A DNA stretch of 62,420 bases, the filler included, from Choristocarpus tenellus KU-1152 (taxonomy: Eukaryota; Protista; Phaeophyceae), in NCBI GenBank assembly GCA_964200185.2. It is 14 parts of 14 records of this genome, joined end to end, with 100 filler letters (N's around TTAATTAATTAA, not from the genome) between each part and the next. Parts side by side here need not be neighbours in the genome. Positions count along the whole stretch, not along the records: positions 47,839 to 52,553 come from CAXNAD020013363.1; positions 52,654 to 57,048 come from CAXNAD020014754.1; positions 57,149 to 59,681 come from CAXNAD020026990.1; positions 59,782 to 62,420 come from CAXNAD020026054.1; 10 more parts are not named here. One strand, 5' to 3'. The position numbers were made by a program, and so were the translations under genes. The first letter of the stretch is position 1; each line of letters begins with the position of its first letter. Positions 50,061 through 62,420 of this stretch are shown here, piece by piece. The notes under the pieces were generated by a model. The model saw only the letters and a list, made by a program, of their open reading frames with translations, had not been told where the DNA came from and did not search any database.

Positions 50061-51858
50061 ATGACTCAACAGATGGACATGGACTTTTTCAATGATATGT
50101 TGGATGACGATTCGGATCGTCCAGCTGTTGGCTATTTGGAGGTCGTAGATACCCCCGCTTCCTCTTTTCCTAGTCTTCAGCTTGGGAAAAACGAGATACT
50201 GGACGGTGAGCCTTACAACACTCTTGCCCCTGTCTCATATTCATGTGTGTGGCATATTATGTTGATCAAATAGAGAACAAACTGCACGTAGTCTTCTTCT
50301 TTGGCAAGCTTCACGATAATGATGCCGACAGATTCGGGACCTGCAATGGACGTGAAATAGACCTAGGGCCCTTGCCAAAGGTACCACGATACTGGACGCC
50401 ATACATCATCCCTTCCCAGTGTATGCACAGAATGACATCGACTGATGCTAAGGTTCCAGCATAGTTTCCATGAGCAGTCTCTCAAGTGCTGTCACCGAGG
50501 TGATTGAGCTCAAGATGCGATCCGACCTCCCTAGTTTCTAGTACCATACAAGTCACTCCAGGAACAATCCACTAACGCAAGAGACAGCTGCCCGCATGCA
50601 TCAATTGATAAACGAAAATTGTGGTGTTACTATTTCTTGTTGATAAGTATTGGTGTAGTGCTTGTTCCACTTTGTGCTGCGCTACTTTTGAATAGTAAGT
50701 GCTATGTTTGTGTACTAGTTGGGAATGCATTCCTCTCTGTTCCAATATCAGCAGTGATACATGCTACTAACTTCGGTGTCCCTTGCCCGATAATTCCCTC
50801 CCTCCTTGACCGTTTCTTGCCGTCAGGCGAAACTACTATTGGTCGTGACAACGATCAGGACATAACTATAAAGCACCCTAGCCTGTCCGCAAAGCACGCT
50901 GTGATTGATGTCGTCGACATGGGTGATTCTGGGGGTGGCATGCGCACCACGGTCAAGGTACGCCAACTAGTCGTTACTGCTGTTGGCCTTTTACTAGTGC
51001 TTGCAACATACTTGGTGCAACTTAGCTCTGGTGATTGATATAGGCAAGATGAGAACCGTGCTTTTGGCAAAGAATATCAGTGTGTAGGGTATTGCCGACC
51101 ACTTAAATCTCACCTAATACTCCTAGGTAATCAAAGCCGTACATATGTAATTACAAAGCAGGCGACATCTTCCATCTCCAACTTTGTGTGAAATTATGTG
51201 TATTTGTAGGATTATTTCGATGTTGTCTTGATGCTTTGGTTTTGCTTGGATAAGAGGCATGTGCCTGCATCCCACCTGCATCCCGCATCTTCTGCCAAGT
51301 ACATTTTGTAGTGTTAGGGTACAATTTACGGTTGAATTGATGTTTGTCGTTGCAGGTTCACATCTTCTTGGTGATGCTCTGCTTGTGGTGATTGTTGACT
51401 GATCTGCAGCATCAGCTGCTTTTGCATGAATGATACAGAAAATCAACCATCGGGGCATACGGAACAAGGCACATAGTTTAAAGCCGCTTTGCAGCTTGGA
51501 CTTGAGTACTGTTTGATGAATGTCTTTACCTTGTGAGAGGTACACCTTTAGATTGGTAACATTCTGGAATTGAGAATGATCGGATACACTCCAGTAGTAC
51601 TCGCTTGACGAAATCGACCCCTTTCGATGGCAATTTTGAACAGAAAGGCACGCCTCATGCGCACGTCAATATTGGCGCCTTCCTGCCTTCTAACAGCTCC
51701 TGTATGGATATTTGAACGTTACGCAGGACCTGCGCAGCACAAACGGCACCTTTTTGGTGAACACCACAACAGGAGTCCGGACCAAGCTCATGCCACGAAG
51801 AGCAAAGCTTCTTCCTGTAACTGACTGTCGAGTGGAGTTTGGCCTCATCCCTTGCAAG
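50061..51858 (+). CDS. FHA-domain protein, 5' exons 50061-50205, 50827-50957, 51727-51858
   Basis: GETTIGR...I.IKHPSLSAKHAVI...VK|DLRSTNGTFL carries the canonical FHA GR/SxxH/NG motifs; phases 1,0 are consistent. Confidence 0.85.
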
Positions 51859-52483
51859 GTTTGTAAACGCCCCTCGTTGAACATTTGCTGCAGAGAGTAC
51901 TGGCATGTTATTGAACCACTCTAGACGGCTTTGTTTTACTGCGAGATATATTCCTGTGGGTTTTTGATGTATAGCATGTCAATGTGCTGTGCTTGGATTC
52001 ACGCTATTCACAAGAACGCTGCTGGGTTTGATAATGGCCAAATCATACTCTTATGATGTAGTATGCGGAGGCATGGCGAGGTTGTTGGCGACAAGATTAC
52101 TTCGAAGTGATATTAAGCGACCAAATAAAATAAAATATGTATACATATATATATATATATTAGTATTTGTACGGAAGAATTGAGATGTAGTTCGGGGTGG
52201 TTTCTGAATGTAGTAATAATTTTATTGAGCAAGATTGTGTTTTTGTAGTAGATATTTGAAATATTTTTTTCGCTTTCAAAATGTGAATGCATGACTTTGG
52301 GGTCCCACTGGTGATGAATAGTAGAACCATGTTCCCTTTTTGTGATCTTCTATTCTTTCCCGTTTGAGTCTAGTGTTTTTTTTTTGGATGTATGTTGTCT
52401 GTGGAGGATTAGTTCTTGTCCCAAATGCTCGGATCAAATAAATCACCTCCAAATGAAACCTAAGCACAACATCTTGCTGCTAC

Positions 52484-52514
<31 letters not shown>

Positions 52515-52810
52515 ACCCACTCTAGACCCTGCCCCCCCCAACACCACACTCCCNNNNNNNNNNNNNNNNNNNNNNNNNNNNNNNNNNNNNNNNNNNNTTA
52601 ATTAATTAANNNNNNNNNNNNNNNNNNNNNNNNNNNNNNNNNNNNNNNNNNNNGGGTACGGCACGCTATACGATAATGGTTGGGTTAGGGGCCATGACTA
52701 CGGGGTCATACAACCGCTTGGGCTCACGATGATGTCACCCACATGCGAATACATGCTATGTGACCGGACGAAAGTCGCAACATCTGTCAAAGGCGCTAAA
52801 TCATGATGGT

Positions 52811-53077
52811 GAGTCAAAGTATCTTAGAGAGTAGAGCCCCGTCCATTTGGGGCCCAAAATCCAATGTTGCAATTTGATGTGATTTTGGCTATCATGTTTG
52901 TTAGGAAATGTCAATATCCTTGTTCCGGACATAAGTTTTCATAACATATACTCCGAGTACATTTTGCCTACTCAGAAACATTTTGGAGTAGGTGAAATGT
53001 CATTAAAAACCCTTGGGAAGCCAAGCCACAAATGGACAAATAGGTAAAAACTCGTACCCTCTAAGATACTTTCACCC
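52811..53077 (+). mobile_element. MITE family A
   Basis: TSD TGGT/TGGT. Confidence 0.92.
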
Positions 53078-53694
53078 TGGTGTTTGCGATATTGGTCCTT
53101 CAGAAGCGCTCCCGAATGAGCTGCACAAAGGGTGCACGTTTCTGGTAGGGGGACTCACCTTCTGGTTCCCTTTTTCGAGGCATGGCGGCATTCGGTGGTT
53201 GGACTAAGCCTCTTCTTTGATCACGCGATGTCTGCATCGGGTGGGCACGTTGTAAATGGGACAGGGGAAACCAACAGAAGGAGAGAGAGAAATTGTTTTG
53301 CGCATCAAGTCAGGTCCAGAGAGGATGGCATGTCGCGGTCGGGTTACATCATCCTCGAGTCGTACGCACTGATCACCTTGCACAAAGAACAAGTCCTGTC
53401 GTCTCTTTCCCTTCCAACACGCCCAGCGTTTAGCGTTAAGTACACCACGCAGGGATAGCGGCAGACGAGCACGATCCTCGTAGAAGGGATACGCACCTAG
53501 TCTCGCTTGACCAAGAAAGTATGGTCTTTTCAACCTATTTTTGTTTCGGTTGTGTATCAATTTCTCAAAAATCAATAAAAGAACAACCGACCTTACTGAA
53601 TGTTGGACCCCTAGAAGATATTGTACATACTGGGTTCTAATCAGGCTAGATCAAGTGTTACTTCTTCTCGGGAATCAAATAGGAAATTAATAAA

Positions 53695-53952
53695 GAGAAA
53701 AAGTATCTTAGAGGGTAGAGTCGTGTCCATCTGGGGGTCAAAATCCAATGTTGCGATTTTGATGTATTTTTGGCTATCAAATTTGTTAGGAAGTGTCAAT
53801 ATCCTTGTTGCGGACACACCTTTTCATAACGTATACATTTTACCTACTCAGAAATATTTTGGAGTAAGAAAATGTCAAAAAAAAAATGAGGGAAGCCAAG
53901 CCCCAAATGGACAAGCAGGGCAAAACTCGTACCCTCTAAGATACTTTCACTC
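53695..53952 (+). mobile_element. MITE family A
   Basis: Flanks TAAA/TAAT. Confidence 0.9.
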
Positions 53953-55319
53953 TAATGGGGAGTTTTTGCCCTCGTTGCCAATATGTCGAAATTTATATAT
54001 ATATATATATCTGTGACGACGTTGAACTATAACAAATAGAGTTGCAGTTGTATATATATATACAACTCTCCATCCTCTATTTCTTCATTAGTACGAAAGG
54101 GTCAAAACATCGAATTTGCATCTTTATTTCATATATTCTAATACAATTTGAATAATTATATTATAGGGCATAACAAAAAAACTTTCGCCAAACCACATTT
54201 GCGACTAACCCCACACTCCTTCACTCACTCAACAACAAACGGGCCTCGACAATATAGAGGATTCATTGTCGCAGTTCTTCGAGAGGATCATACCCATCGC
54301 ACCGCAGATGTAGGATGGCCACCCGGCAGCCACTGGGAGATCTGGCTAACAACGGGAATGAACTCGTAGACTCCGGAGTGGTAGACTCCAGGACATCCCA
54401 AGGGTAAGGCCAGGCCTCCATCGCAGCTAGACACAATCCAATGTCGCCTGTGCGTTCTGTAATTACCAGAACGAGGAATTAGTGCTTGAAGACTAGACAT
54501 AGCGAAGTATATGGTCACCATATCCTTCTGAAATCACACATTTGCATCAAAATCAGAGACACGTGGTGTTCACCAGTTACACCATAGCTCGGAACTGGTG
54601 GCGCACACATCCTCCCCTCAAGAGCAGGACGTAACCTAACGACAATGATCGTGTCCTCCGATGCGTCAAATCCGATATGTATCGGAAATAAACGATGCTC
54701 CCTTCTGTTTCTGTTTCCAATCCCATCCCTAACACCTGTCCCAACCCTAACCCTGTGTCCCTAACCCTTCAAATCCCGAAACTATGCCAACACATGTTTC
54801 GCTCTTCCTTTATCCCCTTGACTCGTGTAATTTTGGCATAGTTTACCGTATGACAAAGTATGGCAAAAGTTGCAGTGGTCCACATAACTACTTATTTGAA
54901 GGCACGCTCCTCCAATCCATCATCCTCGATTTTCCAACAACTCACGCACAATCTCATATCCCCTGTAGAGAAGGAGGCACAAACAATGGTATGTGCATCT
55001 GGAGATATGTATAGACCTACACCACATGAACCGTTCAGTATCCCTTCCACCAAAAACCCATCCTATACAATAGTTTACTGTACGACAGAACACTTCAATT
55101 GTAGTACATACATGCGCCAATATTTTCGGAGGTGACACCAACCAAATATTTGTCAACCGTTTTCCAAAAAATCAGATCAAAGCATACACTATGACGTACG
55201 ACAAACTACCAGGCATATATACTACATGCATGCCCCCCCCACTCATAATAATCGGCCTCTGTTTGCCACTGGTGACAATCCTAACCCGTACGCACCTTGT
55301 CCACCAATGCACTAATTAC

Positions 55320-55584
55320 GGGCCAAGGTATCTTAGAGGGTAGAGCTGCGACCATTTGAGGGTCAAAATCCCATGTTGCGATTTCGATGTAATTTTGGCT
55401 ATCGTGTTTGTTAGGAATTAATTGTCAATATTCTTGTTCCGGACACATCTTTTAATAACGTATACATTTTACCTACTTCTCGGAAATATTTTATAGTAGG
55501 AAAATGTCATAAGAACCTCGAGGGAAGTCAAGTCCTAAATGGACAAACAGGGCAAAACTCGTACCCTCTAAGATACTTTCGCTC
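55320..55584 (+). mobile_element. MITE family A
   Basis: TSD TTAC/TTAC. Confidence 0.92.
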
Positions 55585-55825
55585 TTACGCCATAGAAATC
55601 GTTGCAATTTGTGTCACATCCGTACCTTCCCTTCACATCAACACCACGCGCGACAAGCTAATCGCACATACACACTTCTTCATCAACTGCACACCGTCCG
55701 TGGGCACTTGCAGCCATCGCCCTCTATTTTGCATAAGCCTGCCAACCCACAAACTAACCCAAACCTCTAAGTTATCATTTTCTTAGACCACATTAGCGCC
55801 TGCCATTTACCAAACAATTGTTACA

Positions 55826-56084
55826 AATTGAAAGTATCTTAGAGGGTATGATTTTTTCCCTGTTTGTCCATTTGGGGCTTGGCTTCCCACGGGTTTTTAA
55901 TTACATTTTACCTTCTCCAAAATGTTTCGGAGTATGTAGAATGTGTATGTTATGAAAAGTTGTGTCCGGAACATGGATATTGACATCTCCTAACAAATAT
56001 GATACCCAAAATTATATCAAAATCTCAACATTAGATTTTGGCCTCCAAGTGGACGCGACTCTACCCTCTAAGATACTTTGACGC
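55826..56084 (-). mobile_element. MITE family A
   Basis: TSD TACA/TACA. Confidence 0.9.
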
Positions 56085-56094
56085 TACAGGAACA

Positions 56095-56341
56095 GAGTGA
56101 AAGTATCTTAGAGGGTATGACTGTCCATTTGGGGCTTGGCTTCCCATGGGTTATTATATGATATTTTGCTTCTCCAAAATGTTTAGGAACAGGTAAAGTG
56201 TGTGTGTTATGAAAAGGTGTGTCCAGAACATGGATATTGACACTTCCTAACAAACACGATAGCCAAAATTGCATCGAAATCAAAACATTGGATTTTGCCC
56301 CCCAAATGGACACGTCTCTACCCTTTGAGATACTTTGGCTT
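56095..56341 (-). mobile_element. MITE family A, 10 bp from the previous copy
   Basis: Both TIRs present; small internal deletion. Confidence 0.9.
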
Positions 56342-57148
56342 GCAGGTAGCACATATACGACGTGCACAGTCTCCCCCACTCACAACAATCGGCCTCTATT
56401 TGCCACTGGCAACAAACTCACCCCTCCGGCCCCTTCCCAATCCATACACTAAGCACACAATAGATATCGTTGACCCATTATGTCACATCCATGCCTACCC
56501 TTCTCGTCGACACCACGCGTGACGTGCTAATTGCATATTGCACTTCTCAATCGACCGCACACCGTCCGTGTAAACTTGCAATCATCGCCCTCTACTTTGA
56601 GTAAGTCTGCCAATCGGTAAACTCGTGCAAAACTCCAAGTTTCTGTTTTTTTTCCCGTATCAACATCGGCCATGTACCCATCGTTTGTTGCAAGAAAAGA
56701 TAGCACATGTACTACATGCATGATTCCTCCCACTCACAATAATCGGCCCCTGTTTGCCACTGGCAACAGACTGCCCCCTCCCGCCCCTTGCTAACCCATA
56801 CACTAAACATGCAAAGAGATATCGTTGACCCAAGGTTGTGCTCATTGCACTTCTCAATATTACTTCCTCCTCCTAAATGACCTCCGACAAACCCAATGTT
56901 TTCATAATACAGGCCACAGCCTTGGTTTTCTTTAGGGAGTGGCAGACCCATGCCCACGATGGTATGATCCGCAAGGCTCAAAGTATGTGGGTGTGGGTAT
57001 GGGGGGGTCTACAATAGGGTGTCCATTCAAGCCTTAACGAGGAAGAGTNNNNNNNNNNNNNNNNNNNNNNNNNNNNNNNNNNNNNNNNNNNNTTAATTAA
57101 TTAANNNNNNNNNNNNNNNNNNNNNNNNNNNNNNNNNNNNNNNNNNNN

Positions 57149-57824
57149 TTCTACACCTGGGTTTTCGCTTAGGCGCTTCTTGAGCGCAATGGCATGCAGT
57201 CGCACTGCTCTCCTCCCCAACCTTCCATTCGACCGGTCACTCTGGTTCTCCCTTCGCCCGCCGTGACTGGACTTCCCTACAGATTTCATCGCTGTACCAC
57301 CTGGTGATGGACTCGCCGCTCTCTTCCTGCTTTCCTGAGGCAGTAGAGACTGCAGAGCAGTGCTCCGATGTGGTTGATCATTCAACCACATTTGTGTGGT
57401 AATGCTTTCCATGCATCTTCTCTCAGCATCAGTATCACGGCCGCGTGGTCCATTGCGCAATTTGATCATGCTGCTGCGCTGTCCGCAAATATTGCTTCTT
57501 TTTTTTTGGTATTGCCACAAGCATTGTATATGGGCAGCGGCCTAACCTGGATTAGGTTTTTGCTGCGAATTCAGCCAACCACTTCATTTTTGTACCCTTT
57601 GAGGTTGTAACCATCAAAATTGCGTCAGAGATGTTCCTCCGCGTTTTTGGCATTCTTTGATCGGGGCATAGTTCCCGTTCACTGGAGTTAGTACATTCCT
57701 GCATACACATCTATACCTCTTGTGATAAGCTTTGATTCGATATTCATATTGTTGTATACTTCTTGTGGCAATACAGTGAAAAAAAGCAAGATTACTCCCT
57801 AGGGATAAGCTATTGGTACCACTT
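57149..57824 (-). mobile_element. Second, partial copy of the Tc1/mariner-like element at 28094-29589
   Basis: Paralogous ORF (RKRAASPSPGG...GRRAVRL.AI.L.KRLS.NPGVE); terminus AAGCTATTGGTACCACTT followed by TA. Confidence 0.8.
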
Positions 57825-60800
57825 TATGAAAAATCGTGTGTGTGGTTTACACGTTTACAAATCGTATTATTCACTCAGGTATGGCGTGTCTCTTTGATGT
57901 ATTGTATGCGAAGTTAAAAAAATGTTGGTGCAGAGAACAGGAACAACATACCGCACAACACCTATCAGTCAAACAAATATCTAATATCTGTTTCATTGCA
58001 GGTCTAGAGGAAAGCAATTGAAGAACTCCATTCTCGTCTTGTGCAGCAATGTGCAGGCACTATCAAATCCACTCCCCTCCAGATAACGAGAAAATGTGTC
58101 AATCCTTCAACGGCAAAGGAAGGTTCACCCCTCCACTGCCATCACCACCACCACTACTCTTTGTCTTGGGCTCGTGCTCTGAATCACCCCCTTCCTCATC
58201 AGCCTTACGAGCAGTGCTTGCAGAACACTCTACGTCCTGTGCCAAGGTCTCAACCACATCCTCCCTCCCGCCCTTCTAGTCTTAGTAATTTTCTGAGCAC
58301 TAGTGGTGATATTGTCGAAATGACCAATCTGACAAAGAAGCACCATGCTTGTCATCTTATTGCAACAAAGATACAAAACGGGCATCAAAATAAGGTGTTA
58401 CACAACACATTAAGTCCCAAATCCCAAATGGATGAACTGGGCTAGCTCCCCCCTCCCTCTAGAATGTGCTTGACTCGTAGGGGGATGCAAGGAGATGGTA
58501 AGCGAATTGTGTGTAGGACAGGGTTTGATATAGTTGCAGGGGAGGTTTTTCATGGGATGTAGGCCATGGTTGGCAGTGGATACATGTAAGTTGGCATAGG
58601 GGATGAAGTGCATGATTGTGTATGAGGACAGGCACTGAAGGGAAGGGAAGTGTGTGTGGCTAATTGTTCGATTGTTGAATGTATTGGATATGGACAAAGG
58701 AAATGTTGATCTGTTCTTTTGATTAGGCAGAGGATGTGTTGTAATTGCTCTTACTCTGGAGTGCCTCCCGAGTGCCTAAAACACACCAGAATACTGACCC
58801 CAAACCTAGGGGACCTACTGTACAAGGCTTGGAGCACACATTTCAGCTGTGAGGTAGACAGCCACAATACTTACCAGGACTTTCCTAAAAGGCATGAAAG
58901 GAAGGGAATCATCTCCCCTTCTTCAACCTTCAAAAAGAAGTGAGACCAACAAACCTTCAGCTTTTTCCTGTTCGCTGCATACCAGCCTCACTCCATCCAC
59001 CTGAAGGACATTGCCCTTCACCCTCATACACACCCAACAACAACACAGCTAAAGAGACACAACAACCAACAATCCAAGGTGCAGAGCACCCCACTCTTCG
59101 CTGACTCGCAACAGCAAAAGCCACCCGAACAACACTNNNNNNNNNNTATCACCACCACTCTTCCACCCCTCAAGTCACTTCACAAACACAACAACCAACA
59201 ATCCAAGGTGCCCCCCCCCCCACCTGTCGCTGTTCCCCAACAGACAAAGCCAACGTAACCAACCTTGGTACACAGAACAACACTGCAATTCTGGGGAGAG
59301 GCAAGGGCATCCATCCCACACAACCCAAATTTCAGTCCAGCACAGTAACACAAAAAAACACAAAACAGACAAAGAAAAAAAAGCACGAAAGAATGATACG
59401 GCTTCCGACCCACTACTTCTTAACCCTACTACCATCCTCAGACGGGAATCACCACCCCCTTTGCTCCAACGATCGCACAAAGTCTCAAGTCTCAGCTATC
59501 GCTAGCGAACTTTCTTGCTCGGAGGTATATCGGTCCGCTTGTCCTGAAGGTACGTCATCAGTCGCTTCACCGACACGAGGTACTTGCGCTGTGCCTCATT
59601 GTTCATAATGTGCGCCACGTTCTTGGATGAAATCCGTTCACGGCCTGTAACAACCGTACAAAACAAAGGGAGGGAGGGGGGNNNNNNNNNNNNNNNNNNN
59701 NNNNNNNNNNNNNNNNNNNNNNNNNTTAATTAATTAANNNNNNNNNNNNNNNNNNNNNNNNNNNNNNNNNNNNNNNNNNNNTAATGAAAATTACACTTTT
59801 CCTGTTTATGGTCAAAATGGACACCCTGGTGTAGACCCCCCCCCCCATATACTTTGGGTCTCTTCATGAACCTGATGAAAACCTCAGACGGAAACTATAG
59901 ATGATATGCCAGATTGCGAGTAACTTCATCAGGTCGGAGATTGACACAAAGGAGATGAATAATATTCTCCCTCCAATGAAACACTCGTTGTCCACCCTGC
60001 ATGTTGTATGGGTTTCCTTTTCCAGCACTCTCAATCTATACAGATACACGTAGATCATCTGTTTTTCTTGCTCTTGTGGATGTCAAACGTAGGCTGCTCA
60101 CAGATTTTCAACCAAATAAGTACATTCTCCTCAAAAAAATTGTTGCTTTGGACAAAACCTCACCATACCAGTTCTTACTTTACACGCTTATTAACCCCAT
60201 AACTTCGACCACCTTCCTCCTATCATTGTCATACAACTTTTTCTTGCGATGTTCAGAAGTGAATACAAGCACACACCAACAGGGCATTGACATGGATCAC
60301 AGATGGTGTGATCCAAAAGTGGCTGACCTCGGAGACCACAAGGAAAATATTTCTGTTGGTTGCAAAAGTGCTAAGTGTTTTTTTTAGTGCTAAGAGAGTG
60401 AATGGCATTGAACATGCCATATGACCCACAAAGGACAGAAGTATTGACCGAACACTGCTACAAGAACAATACCTCTTGAAGAATGGGACTCACCTCCCTG
60501 TGCTATTTGCTGGGGTGACTGCAAATGAAACCAACTTCAACGATATTGTTTTAGGGCGGAGGATCCTCAGGACAACAAACATTCGTCAAGGTGCTTTACC
60601 AAAAACAACTCGGTCGCATAGTCCTGGTGATAAATACGAACATGTCACCCACGGTTCGAAAATTGTTACAACCCTTACATCTCTAACGTGAGAGGGTGGG
60701 AAAGTAGAGGAAAGTGGAAAATTTGAGGTCTTCCTCCTTCCAAACACTGCTATCGATACATACATTGTAACTATACACTTGAATAGTGCCTTTCAGTGGC

Positions 60801-62420
60801 TCAAAGTATCTGGGGGGGGGGGTGTTACAGGCGAATAGCATGAGCATTTCTTTCTTTGTGTCAATATGCGCGAACAGTATACATATGTAAGAATTCATGT
60901 AAGAGCAACTTTGAATTGATAAAAGATGCAGAGTAAGATTCAAAATGCATACATAACCTCACAGAATAGATGTCAATTCCAAACTTCAATACCTTGATTC
61001 ATTCTTCCAATCCCCCACACCTGTTTTTCAACACACTTGACCCACCTCTTGTGCTCGCATGTCAAGTGATAGGTTACTCCTTGCATTGCATGAAAAGGAC
61101 TACATCTCTTGTGGTGAATAGAAACGATTTTTGACTTAACAATTGACACCTTCTCCAGTCCTAGGCGATGCATCCCTTAGGAGGGACACCACCACCCTCT
61201 CCCAAACCTCTTCGATCCATTGCTATTTCTATCTTTTGACTCAGTGATCGTGGAATATTCCACACAACAGCGACCAATTGGACTAGCACACAACAACAAA
61301 AAGGAAAGAAAGAGGACCAAACATCTGTCAACCAAAGAAATCAACGTTAACCCTAACCCTGAGGGGCACTTGTGTCTCACCTTCTACTGGCACTACAGGT
61401 GAAATACAAGTCTCACACATTCACGAAAGCTTAGGAACACACATAGGGTACCGCACTATTACACACAGCTTAGTCAAATCTAAGATAATCTCAACATAAT
61501 CTCAACACAAAACCACAACATAGACAAAGGAAAACGTAGATACGTAAGGTGGACAGAAGGAAACAAGAACATGGTAGTCTTCTGTTACCAGACTCTTCTA
61601 GTCATGGAGTCCGCACTACTTTTAACAAACATGCCAGAAAGACCTCAATGCTTGCGCTTCTGAAGCTTTTGGCGCAACCATGTTGACAATCCAAACGACT
61701 TCTTCAGCCCCTTCCCTACAGGATACAAGAATCCTCCCCCGTCAAGCTTCCTAAGCTGGCCTTCCACTGCAGCTAACCGACGGGCGTTCTCAGCAGTCCT
61801 CCTGTTGAAGAAAAAAAAATCGTATTTGGCACAGGGACAGGTTTAGGAGAAAATCGACAAAACAGATTGTAAGTAGGTAAGTAGGGTGCTGGCTCATGGG
61901 GGACCCCAAACTCAGAGTCCATGTACCTCTTGAAACAATACAGTTTGGATGCACCCCAATGGTCGCATTGGTCCTGTACCAAAGCGATTGTTTGATGAAA
62001 AAAGATTGCTCTTGTGCTTAGATTGGTTGCCGCACCCTTACTTCAATCATCCTAATATTCAAGGGTCCTATCAACTAACCCTAACCCTGACCCTAAATGT
62101 GTAAATTTGGAAGGACAAAATGTCTACTCAGGAACGTAGTCAGCAGAGGGGTCGAGTTTGTTACTGAAGTATAAGATGTTTGTAAATGCTAGGTCTCAGG
62201 AAAGGGTAGAGAAATTCTACACAGGAGGCGTCTAAAATATATTTTTTCTTTACCTACTCCATGGATCAAATAGGTACTAAATGGTGCCTCTTCATTTAGG
62301 GCTAGTGTAGGGTTAGGGTTGGAGCACACGAGCTCATACTAATGCTACAGCACATTAAATACTGCTGTCTATGAAATAGAAGACAATAAACTATCTGGAG
62401 GTAACAATCCCCTCAAACTA

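Larger units (their letters stand above)
55205..56860. repeat. Diverged ~360-bp tandem repeat (~2.5 units) carrying three family A insertions
   Basis: CCCACTCA.AA.AATCGGCC.CT.TTTGCCACTGG recurs at ~55238, 56375, 56729. Confidence 0.75.

Noticed and set aside
15254-52553. Functional clustering of dynein, WBP2, OTU, MIPS, syntaxin and FHA genes
   Set aside because: They sit on different contigs joined by linkers; only WBP2/OTU and syntaxin/FHA are truly linked
52654-53460. Degenerate frame with a faint resemblance to a 2OG-Fe(II)/TET-JBP dioxygenase (GGLTFWFP...LHRV; HDD in another frame)
   Set aside because: The motifs lie in different frames with stops; unsupported without an HMM search of the MITE-excised sequence
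54250-54700. Possible OTU-like remnant (EGYGDHIL) of Helitron type on the minus strand
   Set aside because: Only one short motif, with many stops
59057-59211. 26-bp direct repeat flanking the 10-N gap
   Set aside because: Probably a scaffolding overlap or low-complexity repeat

Overview
This is eukaryotic nuclear DNA, most consistent with a stramenopile (brown-algal-like) draft genome. That taxonomic call is an inference from the short exons, mostly phase-0 introns, flagellar dynein, TTAGGG motifs and a possible bipartite plastid presequence. The window is not contiguous: 14 contig pieces are joined by artificial 100-nt linkers (44 N + TTAATTAATTAA + 44 N), so neighbourhoods across linkers are meaningless. 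Host gene parts recovered by manual splicing are an outer-arm dynein heavy chain (6 exons), a ferlin-like C2 protein, a WBP2/GRAM protein, an OTUD6-like deubiquitinase, a divergent myo-inositol-1-phosphate synthase, syntaxin-16 head-to-head with an FHA protein, and one orphan 4-exon gene. The rest is mostly degenerate transposons (copia, gypsy, RTE-like LINE, DIRS-type tyrosine recombinase, two Tc1/mariner families) and at least three MITE families, two with clear 4-bp TSDs; one family has about 17 copies or ends. The most unusual signal is a strong excess of short interstitial (TTAGGG)2 motifs, including one MITE copy in which both TIRs are converted from TTAGAGGG to TTAGGGTTAGGG. Also notable are a foldback element with per-copy concerted arms, an intronic pre-miRNA-like hairpin and a possibly plastid-targeted MIPS. 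No prokaryotic-type system (CRISPR, operon) is present.
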